A stretch of 32,000 bases of DNA from Telmatocola sphagniphila (GCF_018398935.1 NZ_CP074694.1:5130001-5162000); one strand, 5' to 3'; counted from the stretch's first letter, positions 17,737-26,756 are shown. The notes: generated by a model not told the origin, from the letters alone. Program-made: numbers and translations.

Positions 17737-19610
17737 ATGCCAGCGATATCCTGGCGGCAGTAAACGCCGGGGAAGACAAAGATTGGGAATTTAAGTCGGC
17801 CAGGGGCGGCATGCCGGGGAGTCTTTGGGAAACCTACAGTGCGATGGCGAACACCGATGGCGGCGTCATCGTCCTGGGTATCCGGGAGAACGACGGCGAC
17901 TTCGAGGTTCAAGGACTGGACGATCCCGTCAAGATCGAGAAAGACTTCTGGACCACAATCCACAACCGGGGCAAGGTCAACGCCAACCTACTTGCCAACA
18001 GCAATGTGCGAATCGTGCCTGTTGATGGCAAACTGGTCCTTTTCGTAGAAGTCCCTCGCGCCTCAAGACGGCAGCGCCCGATCTTCGTGGGCCAGAATCC
18101 ACTCGAAGGAACCTATCGGCGATACAGCGACGGCGACTACTTGTGCAGCCGGGATGAAGTGGGTCGGATGCTGGCGGATCAATCCGAGCAATCCGCAGAC
18201 AGCCGTATCTTGTTGAAGTTCACGCCGCACGATCTTGACGACGAATCTCTGAGGCAGTACCGCAATCGCTTTTCAGCCCGCAACCCGAATCATGCATGGC
18301 TGACAGAGGACACGACAGGCTTCCTTCGTAAACTCGGCGGTTGGAATGTCAACCGGGAGACAGGCGAAGAGGGATTGACTGTGGCCGGACTCTTGATGTT
18401 CGGCAACGAGGATGCATTAAACGATCCATCGATTGGACTAAAATTCCATCTTGATTATCGAGAGCGAGTCAGCAACTCGATAGCGGATCGCTGGGTGGAT
18501 CGGCTAACCATTGACGGAACTTGGATGCCGAACCTGTTCCAGTTCTTCCAGCGGGTTTACCCGAAGTTGATAATCGGGCTGAAGCTGCCCTTCGCTTATC
18601 AAACACTCAACTCGCCATCCCTCTTCACTGATCCGCTGCGTAGTGGCATGTCTCCTACCCATGAGGCGATTCAGGAAGCACTTGTCAACGCACTCATCCA
18701 CGCCGATTACCGAGGTCTAGGCGGGGTAGTTATCGACCGCTATCCCGACAGGCTGGAGCTATCGAATCCTGGCACTCTTTTGGTGTCGTTAGAGCAGTTG
18801 CGGCACTCGGTAACCGAGTGTCGGAATCCTTTGCTTCAACGGATGTTTCAAATGATGGGGGCGTGCGATAAGGCGGGGTCTGGCATCGATAAAATCCGCC
18901 AGGGTTGGGCCTCGCAAAAGTGGCGATGGCCTATTATTGAAGAGCAACTTAAACCCGATCGGGTGAGGCTGACTCTGCCGATGGTTAGTCTGTTACCGGA
19001 AGACTCTTTGGCCCGGTTACGCCTAGTTCTGGGTGATAACATGGGTGGACTGGACGGACATGAGGTCCAGGCATTGGTGACCGCGGACGTGGAAGGTAGT
19101 GTCTCCAACCATCGTTTACAGCAGTTCTCCAGCGAACACACAACCGACATCACTCGAATGCTGCAAGACTTGGTGGCTAAAGGATTTCTGATCAAAGATA
19201 ATTACGGTCGTTGGGCTTCATACCGGCTGGCGGAGCAGTTTATGAACTCCAGACATGGGGAGTCTACTCCAGATACGGACTCCGGACATGGCGAAGCAAC
19301 TCCGGATACGAACTCCGGACATGGGGAGATTACCGAGAATCAACAACAGTTATTGAAGATCGCCGAACCCGCCCGAAAAAAGCGACAACTGAACCCTGAA
19401 ATCATGCGAGCGATTATTAGAGAATTGTGCGATGGACGTTATCTGACAGTCAAACAACTTGCAGAATTATTGAGTCGAGAGTCGAATGGCCTCCAGAGAT
19501 GGACACTACGTCCAATGGCTCAAGATGGGCAGCTAGTGATGCAGTATCCAGATAACCCCAACCATCCGAAACAATCGTATCGAACCAATCCAGCGTGGAG
19601 TGCGGAATGA
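17733..19610 (+). CDS. Schlafen-like AlbA_2 domain protein with HATPase_c_4-like region and C-terminal wHTH domains (COG2865-type, often mis-annotated RecG-like), 625 aa
   Basis: The AlbA_2 signature is GEDKDWEFKSARGG…SAMANTDGGVIVLGIRE. The middle region is THEAIQEALVNALIHADYRG…DRLELSNPGTL. The C-terminal wHTH-like segments are TRMLQDLVAKGFLIKDNYGRWASYRL and LTVKQLAELL…YPDNPNHPKQSYR. Its ATG overlaps the upstream stop (ATGA, 17733-17736). Confidence 0.75.
   Translation: MNASDILAAVNAGEDKDWEFKSARGGMPGSLWETYSAMANTDGGVIVLGIRENDGDFEVQGLDDPVKIEKDFWTTIHNRGKVNANLLANSNVRIVPVDGKLVLFVEVPRASRRQRPIFVGQNPLEGTYRRYSDGDYLCSRDEVGRMLADQSEQSADSRILLKFTPHDLDDESLRQYRNRFSARNPNHAWLTEDTTGFLRKLGGWNVNRETGEEGLTVAGLLMFGNEDALNDPSIGLKFHLDYRERVSNSIADRWVDRLTIDGTWMPNLFQFFQRVYPKLIIGLKLPFAYQTLNSPSLFTDPLRSGMSPTHEAIQEALVNALIHADYRGLGGVVIDRYPDRLELSNPGTLLVSLEQLRHSVTECRNPLLQRMFQMMGACDKAGSGIDKIRQGWASQKWRWPIIEEQLKPDRVRLTLPMVSLLPEDSLARLRLVLGDNMGGLDGHEVQALVTADVEGSVSNHRLQQFSSEHTTDITRMLQDLVAKGFLIKDNYGRWASYRLAEQFMNSRHGESTPDTDSGHGEATPDTNSGHGEITENQQQLLKIAEPARKKRQLNPEIMRAIIRELCDGRYLTVKQLAELLSRESNGLQRWTLRPMAQDGQLVMQYPDNPNHPKQSYRTNPAWSAE
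19245..19328 (+). repeat. 33-bp coding tandem repeat (~2.6 copies) in the linker of the AlbA_2 protein
   Basis: The units are 19245-19277, 19278-19310 and 19311-19328, encoding NSRHGESTPDT / DSGHGEATPDT / NSGHGE. Units 1 and 2 are identical at 26/33 positions. Inside, a 13-nt motif ACTCCRGAYAYGR occurs 5 times with alternating 20- and 13-nt spacing. Confidence 0.85.
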
Positions 19611-22600
19611 GTACAGCGCCACTGAAACCCACCGTCTCGCCCCTCCAACTTCGGGATGAACTCGAAACGATGGTCCTAAAGGAACTGCTTGGCCCCGGTA
19701 GCTTTGACGAGGAACTTATCGAGTCTCCCGGAACTCGGTATTTCGTGGGCGTCCTGGCTCCCCGTAAGCGTGCCAAGGCAGAGGAGGTACTCGCCAAGGC
19801 GGCCGCTGCTCCTGCCGGAGACGATGAAGAAGGAGACACGGACCTTGAGATGCTCGATGGTGATGAACTCGCTCTCGGCGGCAAAGATTCTTCGCAAGAC
19901 GGCACGACGGATCTGGCTCCGGCTCAGGACAAAGCTCTGATCCCGTCGTCGTTCGGCATGACCTTTTCTCTAAACATTGAGGCCAAAGAACTGGAACTGA
20001 CGGCGACCTGGGGCCAGTACGTCAAACAGTTCAGCGAATATCTCGTTAGCGAGAAGACCGGCAATCCTCGGAAAGTGTGGAAGCGATTTCCTCGTGGGGG
20101 CAGGCACTGCCTGAAACTGAAGGAAGGGCCCATCTCACCAATCCCGCTCGATAAAAATTGTCCCGAGGTAGTTGTCCAGGGCCTTATCCGCAAACGCAAA
20201 GATCACTGGTGTGTCACGGTATTCCTGGTCAATGAGCAGCAGGAGCCTGAGAAGCTGAAGGACACTGCCTGGATATTTCAACCGGAACTGATGGCTGAGG
20301 GAATAGATGGCGCGGCAGTCATCCACAAACGGCACACTATCCTGGAACTCACTGGCACGGACCCGAGAGTGAAGGCCGAGAACGATCAGCTGGCGATGCT
20401 CTATCGTCGGCACATCGAGTTCGCCGTGGGGCATGGCATTGGCGTACATGTCGATATCTCACCTGATCCGAATTACGCTTTCAGTGTCCGCACTAAGGTG
20501 ATACCAAGTTACGAGATCCCCAAGACGACCCCACCCCGACCCGAAGACGCCGAGATCAACCCGTCCTTCGCCAAGTTGCAGGGCATGGTCCTTGATATGA
20601 AGGTGTTGGCCGAGGCCAGCCCGAAGCAATATGGGTCGAAGCTGAAACCGCTGGTCGAAGCCTATCAAGATTGGATCGACCGAGAAGAAAAACGGATTAA
20701 TGATCCCATCGAAGGACTGGCGAGCTTCAAGAATCCCGCCCAGCAAGCCATTGCCAAATGCCGCACGACGCTCAAGCGAATCGAAGAAGGGCTGGACTTG
20801 CTCGACAAGGACGAGAAAGCTGCTCAGGCGTTCTCCTTCATGAACCGAGCCATGTGGCTCCAGCGAACCCACTCCCTCTTTGCAGAGCGTGTACGCCGCG
20901 GCGACGATAAGCCCGACATGGGGGCCATCGACATTTCCGAGAACCGCAGTTGGTATCCGTTCCAGCTTGCGTTTGTACTGCTAAATTTACCGGGGATCAC
21001 AAAGTTCGATCACCCCGACCGCAGCGAATCCCCAGAAGCTGTGGCGGATCTGCTCTGGTTTCCAACCGGTGGCGGTAAAACTGAAGCTTACCTGGGCCTG
21101 ACCGCCTACACGCTGGGACTGCGACGGCTGCAAGGGATAGTCGAAGGTCGTTCCGGAGAAAACGGCATCACGGTGTTGATGCGGTACACTTTAAGACTTC
21201 TAACTCTCCAGCAATTTCAACGAGCCACTACTTTAATCTGTGCGTGTGAGGATATTCGACGCGAAGCTGCTAGTAATGGTGATCACCGCTGGGGAGAGAC
21301 TCCATTCCGAATCGGTTTATGGGTCGGAGGTGGAACCACACCTAACTGGACCAATGACAGCGATGAAGCTATTAAACTCGCTCGCAGTCCAAGACGTTCC
21401 AGCTCTATCGGGGGTACGGGATCTCCGAATCAACTGACCAATTGCCCCTGGTGCGGTACGAAGATTGATCCCGGTAAACACATCATCGTGGAGAAGTACT
21501 CCACCGGTACTTGCCGCACGTTGATTTATTGTGGAGCGTCGGAAGATAAATGCATTTTCAATAGGAAGTTAGCCGCAGGTGAAGGCCTGCCAGTAATAGT
21601 CGTGGACGAGGAAATCTATCGTCGCCTGCCATCGCTATTGATTACTACCGTGGACAAGTTCGCACAGATGCCGTGGAACGGCTCTGTCCAGATGCTCTTC
21701 GGTCAAGTGGACGGATATTGTGAACGACACGGCTTCCGGTCGCCGGGATTGGCTGATTGGTCTGAAGAATTGGAAGTTAACGCAGTCCACCGGGGAAAGG
21801 GACAAGAGAAGTCAGCCAAGGTTCTACCTCATACTCGCTTGCGACCACCAGACCTAATCATCCAGGACGAGTTACATCTCATTAGTGGTCCTCTCGGTAC
21901 TTTAGTCGGGCTCTATGAGACGGCCATCGATCGACTCTGCACTTGGGAAGTGAAGGGTAAGAAAATCCGTCCAAAGGTTGTGGCATCGACGGCAACGATC
22001 CGTAATGCGAAGGACCAATTGCACGCTCTGTTTCTTCGCCGGCTGGAGACATTCCCACCGAACGGATTAGACATCAGAGACAATTTCTTCTCCCTACAGC
22101 GGCCCTCAAACGAGAAGACACCCGGGCGCAAGTATATAGGCGTGTGTGCCCCTGGACGCCGTTTGAAGGCAGCACTCATTCGGGTATATGTTGCGTTCCT
22201 ATCTGCAGGTCAGGTGTTGTTCGAAAAGTATGGCCTGGATGCCGACCCCTGGATGACTCTCGTGGGATACTTTAACAGCCTACGAGAACTCGGTGGCATG
22301 AAGCGCCTAGTCGATGACGACGTCCGCACTCGACTTCGGAGAATGGCGGATCGCGGATTAGCGAAGCGAATTCTTCATACTCCTGATGCCGTAAAAGAAC
22401 TTACTTCCCGATTGGGTTCCGGAGCGATCCCCGAAATTCTCGATCTTCTGGAGAGTCGCTTCGACCCGGCACAATTCGATCAGTTTAAGCAAGGCAAGGC
22501 AGGAGGCGAATTCGTCTCCCGTCCAATTGACGTATTGATGGCAACGAACATGATCTCGGTTGGGGTGGACGTGCCTAGGCTGGGATTGATGGTTACTGCC

Positions 22601-23224
22601 GGTCAGCCGAAAACAACAGCAGAATATATTCAGGCTACCAGCCGTGTTGGGCGTAAGCATCCTGGTCTAGTCTGCACAGTCTACAACTGGGCAAGACCAA
22701 GGGACTTATCCCACTACGAAACATTCGAACATTATCACTCCACTTTTTACAAACATGTAGAAGCCCTATCAGTTACTCCATTCTCGGCTGGAGCAACTTC
22801 TCGCGGACTGGCCGCGTTGCTGATTTCATTAGTCCGTCAGCCAGGCTTCGAGTTTAACTCAAACGACAAGGCCATGCAGATGGCAACCCAAAGAAACCAT
22901 CAATATGTCACGGACGCGATAGAAGCGATCACCAGTCGAGCTGAATTGATTGCCGGTGTCCCAGCCGCTGATGAAGTCCGGCAGCAACTCAAACGAAAGA
23001 TGGACCTTTGGCAGAAACGTGCACAACGTACGGCCCAAGGCAATCAGCTGGGATATGAGACGAAAAAAGATGGTGTGACGATTGGCTTGCTGCGTAAGCC
23101 CAGTATTGAACCATGGGACGAATTTACTTGCTTAAACTCCCTCCGGGATGTTGAACCGACTGCCAATTTGATTCTTGATGATTTTGGCATGGATGACGAG
23201 CCCGATGACGGAGAAACGCCATGA
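19607..23224 (+). CDS. drmA: DISARM DrmA-like superfamily-2 helicase (~1205 aa)
   Basis: Helicase motifs are present: LWFPTGGGKTEAYLG (I), LIIQDELHLISGPLG (II), and LMATNMISVGVDVPRLGLMVTAGQPKTTAEYIQATSRVGR (V/VI). There is an inserted zinc ribbon, CPWCG…YCGASEDKC. Its ATG at 19607 overlaps the upstream stop (ATGA), and a DUF1998 gene follows immediately. Confidence 0.8.
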   Translation: MSTAPLKPTVSPLQLRDELETMVLKELLGPGSFDEELIESPGTRYFVGVLAPRKRAKAEEVLAKAAAAPAGDDEEGDTDLEMLDGDELALGGKDSSQDGTTDLAPAQDKALIPSSFGMTFSLNIEAKELELTATWGQYVKQFSEYLVSEKTGNPRKVWKRFPRGGRHCLKLKEGPISPIPLDKNCPEVVVQGLIRKRKDHWCVTVFLVNEQQEPEKLKDTAWIFQPELMAEGIDGAAVIHKRHTILELTGTDPRVKAENDQLAMLYRRHIEFAVGHGIGVHVDISPDPNYAFSVRTKVIPSYEIPKTTPPRPEDAEINPSFAKLQGMVLDMKVLAEASPKQYGSKLKPLVEAYQDWIDREEKRINDPIEGLASFKNPAQQAIAKCRTTLKRIEEGLDLLDKDEKAAQAFSFMNRAMWLQRTHSLFAERVRRGDDKPDMGAIDISENRSWYPFQLAFVLLNLPGITKFDHPDRSESPEAVADLLWFPTGGGKTEAYLGLTAYTLGLRRLQGIVEGRSGENGITVLMRYTLRLLTLQQFQRATTLICACEDIRREAASNGDHRWGETPFRIGLWVGGGTTPNWTNDSDEAIKLARSPRRSSSIGGTGSPNQLTNCPWCGTKIDPGKHIIVEKYSTGTCRTLIYCGASEDKCIFNRKLAAGEGLPVIVVDEEIYRRLPSLLITTVDKFAQMPWNGSVQMLFGQVDGYCERHGFRSPGLADWSEELEVNAVHRGKGQEKSAKVLPHTRLRPPDLIIQDELHLISGPLGTLVGLYETAIDRLCTWEVKGKKIRPKVVASTATIRNAKDQLHALFLRRLETFPPNGLDIRDNFFSLQRPSNEKTPGRKYIGVCAPGRRLKAALIRVYVAFLSAGQVLFEKYGLDADPWMTLVGYFNSLRELGGMKRLVDDDVRTRLRRMADRGLAKRILHTPDAVKELTSRLGSGAIPEILDLLESRFDPAQFDQFKQGKAGGEFVSRPIDVLMATNMISVGVDVPRLGLMVTAGQPKTTAEYIQATSRVGRKHPGLVCTVYNWARPRDLSHYETFEHYHSTFYKHVEALSVTPFSAGATSRGLAALLISLVRQPGFEFNSNDKAMQMATQRNHQYVTDAIEAITSRAELIAGVPAADEVRQQLKRKMDLWQKRAQRTAQGNQLGYETKKDGVTIGLLRKPSIEPWDEFTCLNSLRDVEPTANLILDDFGMDDEPDDGETP

Positions 23225-25089
23225 ACAATAATGATTCTAAACGCTGCAAAGTAGGCGAACTTCGTCCTAGTCAAGCACTTACTACCTTCGGTATCGGCTC
23301 GATTATTGACCTGCCAAATTTGTCTGTAATGGTAATGGGTCTGGAAGATTGGTCGTATAAGGACACCGTGGAGATTGGCGAACAACGGCTTCTGGCTTCG
23401 GTAAAAGAAATGCTGGGGCATCAAGTCAAGTCCCTTAGGTCGGCTCCGGTCGTCCCTGATACCTATCAAGTGAATCAGTTTGATTCCGCGACGCTCGTGG
23501 GTATTCCCGTTGCTCCTTTTCCTCGTTGGATGGTATGCCCATATTGCAGACGACTTGCTCCTCTGGGGAGTGGTCTGTTCAAGTTAGAGACACCCTACCG
23601 TACCGATCAGATTCGCTACATACATGCGAACTGTACAAAGCCCGGCAAGTCGCCTACTATCGTGCCCGCCCGCTTTATCGTGGCTTGTAAGAATGGTCAT
23701 TTCGATGATTTTCCCTGGCGGGATTTCGTCCATCGTGGACCCAACAATTGTAAGGGTGGTCTGAAGCTCCTCGAAAACTCAGCCACTGGAGAAGCCGCAA
23801 GTATCTTCGTACAGTGCGAAGGTGCAAATTGCGGAGCTACTCGCCCGATGTCCGATGCTTTTAAAATGGATCTGATGGCGATGCCAGTCTGCAAGGCACG
23901 TCGTCCTCATCTCAGAGATCACGATGATGCCGGATGTAAGACACCCAATGGTCAAGACATGCGAATGGAGCCAATGCTCCAAGGTGCATCGAACTCCTGG
24001 TTCGGGCTCACACTTTCGGCGTTGGCGATTCCCCAAGCGTCCGGAAAACTGAAACAACTCGTTGAAGATAACTGGACGACTTTGGGGAAAGTACAGAGTG
24101 AACAAAACATTGAACTCTTGATGTCTATCTCGCAGTTACGTGACCTTTCCGAGTATACTGCCGCTGAAATCTGGCAGGCAGTCCAAGCCAAAAAAACCGA
24201 AGTTCCGGAAGAAGATGTTGAACCGACCGATATCAAGACGCCCGAATGGGAAGTCTTTATCAACCCCGACTCCTCGGAAAAAGGTCGGGACTTTCAGATT
24301 CGGATCGCCGCTCCTCCAAAAAGATACGCCAAGTACTTTGAGAAAATCGTCTTGGCCGAGCGATTGCGAGAAGTGAGAGCATTAGTCGGGTTTACTCGAA
24401 TCGAATCGCCCAGCGATTATGACAACCCTACAGCTTTTCCTGAGAATCAACGGGTTCCGCTTTCTCGCACGCAACCAACCTGGGTACCTGCATCAGAGAT
24501 TCGGGGCGAAGGTCTGTTTTTTCAATTCAAGGAAGACGTAATCCAAAAGTGGGTCAAGAAAGCTAAGAGCTTGGACGCCGTATTTATGGAAGCTCACCAA
24601 CGGTGGCGTAGCGCACGTAAGTTGGAACCGCCACAAGAATTTTACCCCGGGATTCGCTACGTTTTGCTGCACTCATTTGCACACGCATTAATTCGTCAAT
24701 TGGCAGTTGAATGCGGTTATACAACGGCTTCCCTTAGAGAGCGGATTTATTCAACGAATTCCAAAAAGCCCGAAGTTGAGATGGCAGGAGTTTTGATTTA
24801 CACAGCTGCACCGGACAGTGAAGGCACACTTGGTGGTCTGGTGTCTCTCGGCAAACCGGAAACGTTAGAACGGCATCTAGATCAGGCTCTGGACAATATG
24901 CGGCTGTGTGCCAGCGATCCGCTCTGTGCCGAGCATCATCCGTATCGGGATGGCAACACGCTGCATGCCGCCTCGTGCCATGCCTGCTTATTCGCTCCAG
25001 AAACGTCCTGCGAGCGCGGCAACAAATATCTGGACCGAGCAGTACTTGTTTCCACTGTCGAACGCAGCGACTTGGCATTCTTCGAGTAA
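23221..25089 (+). CDS. drmB: DUF1998 (MrfA-type Zn-binding domain) protein, DISARM DrmB-like (622 aa)
   Basis: The Cys clusters are MVCPYCRRL, ACKNGHFDDFPW and VQCEGANCG. The characteristic C-terminus is LCASDPLCAEHHP…LHAASCHACLFAPETSCERGNKYLDR. Its ATG overlaps the drmA stop (ATGA, 23221-23224). Confidence 0.8.
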   Translation: MNNNDSKRCKVGELRPSQALTTFGIGSIIDLPNLSVMVMGLEDWSYKDTVEIGEQRLLASVKEMLGHQVKSLRSAPVVPDTYQVNQFDSATLVGIPVAPFPRWMVCPYCRRLAPLGSGLFKLETPYRTDQIRYIHANCTKPGKSPTIVPARFIVACKNGHFDDFPWRDFVHRGPNNCKGGLKLLENSATGEAASIFVQCEGANCGATRPMSDAFKMDLMAMPVCKARRPHLRDHDDAGCKTPNGQDMRMEPMLQGASNSWFGLTLSALAIPQASGKLKQLVEDNWTTLGKVQSEQNIELLMSISQLRDLSEYTAAEIWQAVQAKKTEVPEEDVEPTDIKTPEWEVFINPDSSEKGRDFQIRIAAPPKRYAKYFEKIVLAERLREVRALVGFTRIESPSDYDNPTAFPENQRVPLSRTQPTWVPASEIRGEGLFFQFKEDVIQKWVKKAKSLDAVFMEAHQRWRSARKLEPPQEFYPGIRYVLLHSFAHALIRQLAVECGYTTASLRERIYSTNSKKPEVEMAGVLIYTAAPDSEGTLGGLVSLGKPETLERHLDQALDNMRLCASDPLCAEHHPYRDGNTLHAASCHACLFAPETSCERGNKYLDRAVLVSTVERSDLAFFE

Positions 25090-25093
25090 TCCC

Positions 25094-25897
25094 ATGTACC
25101 ACGAACATCTCCAAATTGGAGCAGCGGCAGCTCAATTGGCTGATCATCTACCCCATTCCGTGATGATCGTGGTGGCAAGTGCTGTGTCGCTGCATAGGGG
25201 AATGGATCGGTCAGCGGCAAGGCAGGCAATCCTTCAAAGCCTGCCGACCCCGGACTTCCGTGATGCGACCGCTGACTTTCTCGACCATTGGCATAATCAT
25301 GCCGCCAACGTCGGAGCCGAGGCAGTCGCCGTGGCGCTCGTGACAGCAGCCAAGAGTGAATACGATCACAGGCGCGAAGAGACGGTCGAACTCGTATGGA
25401 CCGGCCCGGAACCCGCCGAGACTCGGTTCCGTCATACCGAGCAAGCCATCCTTGAGGTCATAAATACGGCGGAAACGCGACTGACGGTCGTCAGCTATGC
25501 GGTCTACCGGATTCCCCGCATCCGTGAGGCCCTGGTCGCCGCAGCCAACAGAGGTGTCAGTATCCGGCTGATCGTGGAGACTCCTAACAGGATCGATGGG
25601 CAGAGCGAATATGATTGCCTCATGGCTCTGGGCAACAACGTGGCTTCGGCCTGCTCGGTCTACTACTGGCCCCAGGAGAACCGGGCCAAGGACGACAACG
25701 GCAAGATCGGCATTCTTCATGTCAAATGTGCCGTAGCCGATGGACACCGAATGTTTCTGTCAAGCGCCAACTTCACCGAGTATGCCTTCACCATCAATAT
25801 GGAGTTAGGGTTACTCGTGACGGGCGGTAAGTTGCCTGGGGAAGTGGAGAGGCATTTTGAGAGGCTAATTGCCGATGGAACGTTAGTAAAGGTTTAG
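25094..25897 (+). CDS. drmC: phospholipase D-family (single HKD) nuclease, DISARM DrmC-like (267 aa)
   Basis: The HxK(x)4D motif with downstream SxN is LHVKCAVADGHRMFLSSANFT. The start is placed at the ATG 4 nt after the drmB stop. The ORF-track start at 24908 would overlap drmB by 182 nt. Confidence 0.75.
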   Translation: MYHEHLQIGAAAAQLADHLPHSVMIVVASAVSLHRGMDRSAARQAILQSLPTPDFRDATADFLDHWHNHAANVGAEAVAVALVTAAKSEYDHRREETVELVWTGPEPAETRFRHTEQAILEVINTAETRLTVVSYAVYRIPRIREALVAAANRGVSIRLIVETPNRIDGQSEYDCLMALGNNVASACSVYYWPQENRAKDDNGKIGILHVKCAVADGHRMFLSSANFTEYAFTINMELGLLVTGGKLPGEVERHFERLIADGTLVKV

Positions 25898-26033
25898 TCA
25901 TTAATGCTCATACGCTTCGACTTACCATTTAGGAGTTTTTTCCCTTATTAACAAATTGGATTAAGTATCAGGCGAAATAAAATTTGCCAAAACTTAGATC
26001 TGGCTCGCGTCGGCAACTCAATTTTTAACTGCG

Positions 26034-26756
26034 TTAATCGTGTCCATTTTGGACAGTCTCATCAGTCTTATGGAAGTGGTAATGTACTACAGGCTTGTTT
26101 CTCTGAGTATCCATCAGGGCCCAAACGAGCGATAAGATCCAGCCAATGAGGATGATGCCCAAAAAGAAGTTAAGGCAAAAGAGTGCCAGCAAATTGGCAT
26201 GTCCGCGATACCAGGCGATAATGGACGGAGTAAAGTAGAAGGCGAGGGCAAACGGGAAAAGAATCAATCTCTTAATACGACGCGCGAGAATTTCATCGTC
26301 ATACGCATCCTGGCTAGGCTGGAGTGACTCATTCAGGGATGCGATCGAGGCATCGGTCTGCTTGTCCGTCGCGGATCGCCGGTCATATTTGGCACTTGTC
26401 GGCTTAGGGGTATTGGCGACAGCAGGCGTTTTTGTGTGATGGTAGCGATAATACATGACGCCAGTGAATACGCACCCCAGAAATAGGCCTAGGATCGCCA
26501 CAACCAATCCAATTGGAAACGGTCGTGAAGTCCCCTGGGGTATCTTCGCAATTGCTGGCACGTAGAACGCACTGCTACAATCCGGGCAGTCCATCATTTT
26601 ATTGGATTTATGATCGGGAATTACTAGCTTCGAGTGGCAGTACGGGCAAGGGAAGTTGATGGGCATCTCATTTTCCATGGGATAAATATTTATAAACATC
26701 CTATCAAGTAAAGAACTGGAATCAATTGCTTTAGCTCTGGTTGGATCTCGAAGCAT
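26034..26756 (-). CDS. membrane protein: N-terminal zinc ribbon plus C-terminal superinfection-immunity-like (Imm_superinfect) TM domain
   Basis: It has CPYCHSKL…CPDCSS, then a TM helix. The C-terminus is YFTPSIIAWYRGHANLLALFCLNFFLGIILIGWILSLVWALM, which resembles the Imm_superinfect motif (…R.h.n…N.llG…GWi.aliWA). The start is uncertain: 26756, or the internal Met codons at MENEMPINF. Confidence 0.55.
   Translation of the reverse strand: MLRDPTRAKAIDSSSLLDRMFINIYPMENEMPINFPCPYCHSKLVIPDHKSNKMMDCPDCSSAFYVPAIAKIPQGTSRPFPIGLVVAILGLFLGCVFTGVMYYRYHHTKTPAVANTPKPTSAKYDRRSATDKQTDASIASLNESLQPSQDAYDDEILARRIKRLILFPFALAFYFTPSIIAWYRGHANLLALFCLNFFLGIILIGWILSLVWALMDTQRNKPVVHYHFHKTDETVQNGHD

Noticed and set aside
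24908-25093. Upstream extension of the PLD gene (ORF-track start at 24908)
   Set aside because: It would overlap drmB by 182 nt in another frame, and the extension is Ala/Arg/Pro/Ser-rich off-frame-looking sequence. An ATG 4 nt after the drmB stop gives a normal-length PLD protein.
6290-25897. Alternative assignment of the operon as BREX or class 2 DISARM
   Set aside because: I see no PglZ-, BrxC/PglY-, BrxL- or BrxA/B-like sequence, and no cytosine-C5 methyltransferase or drmE-like gene. The combination of SNF2, adenine methyltransferase, helicase, DUF1998 and PLD fits class 1 DISARM.
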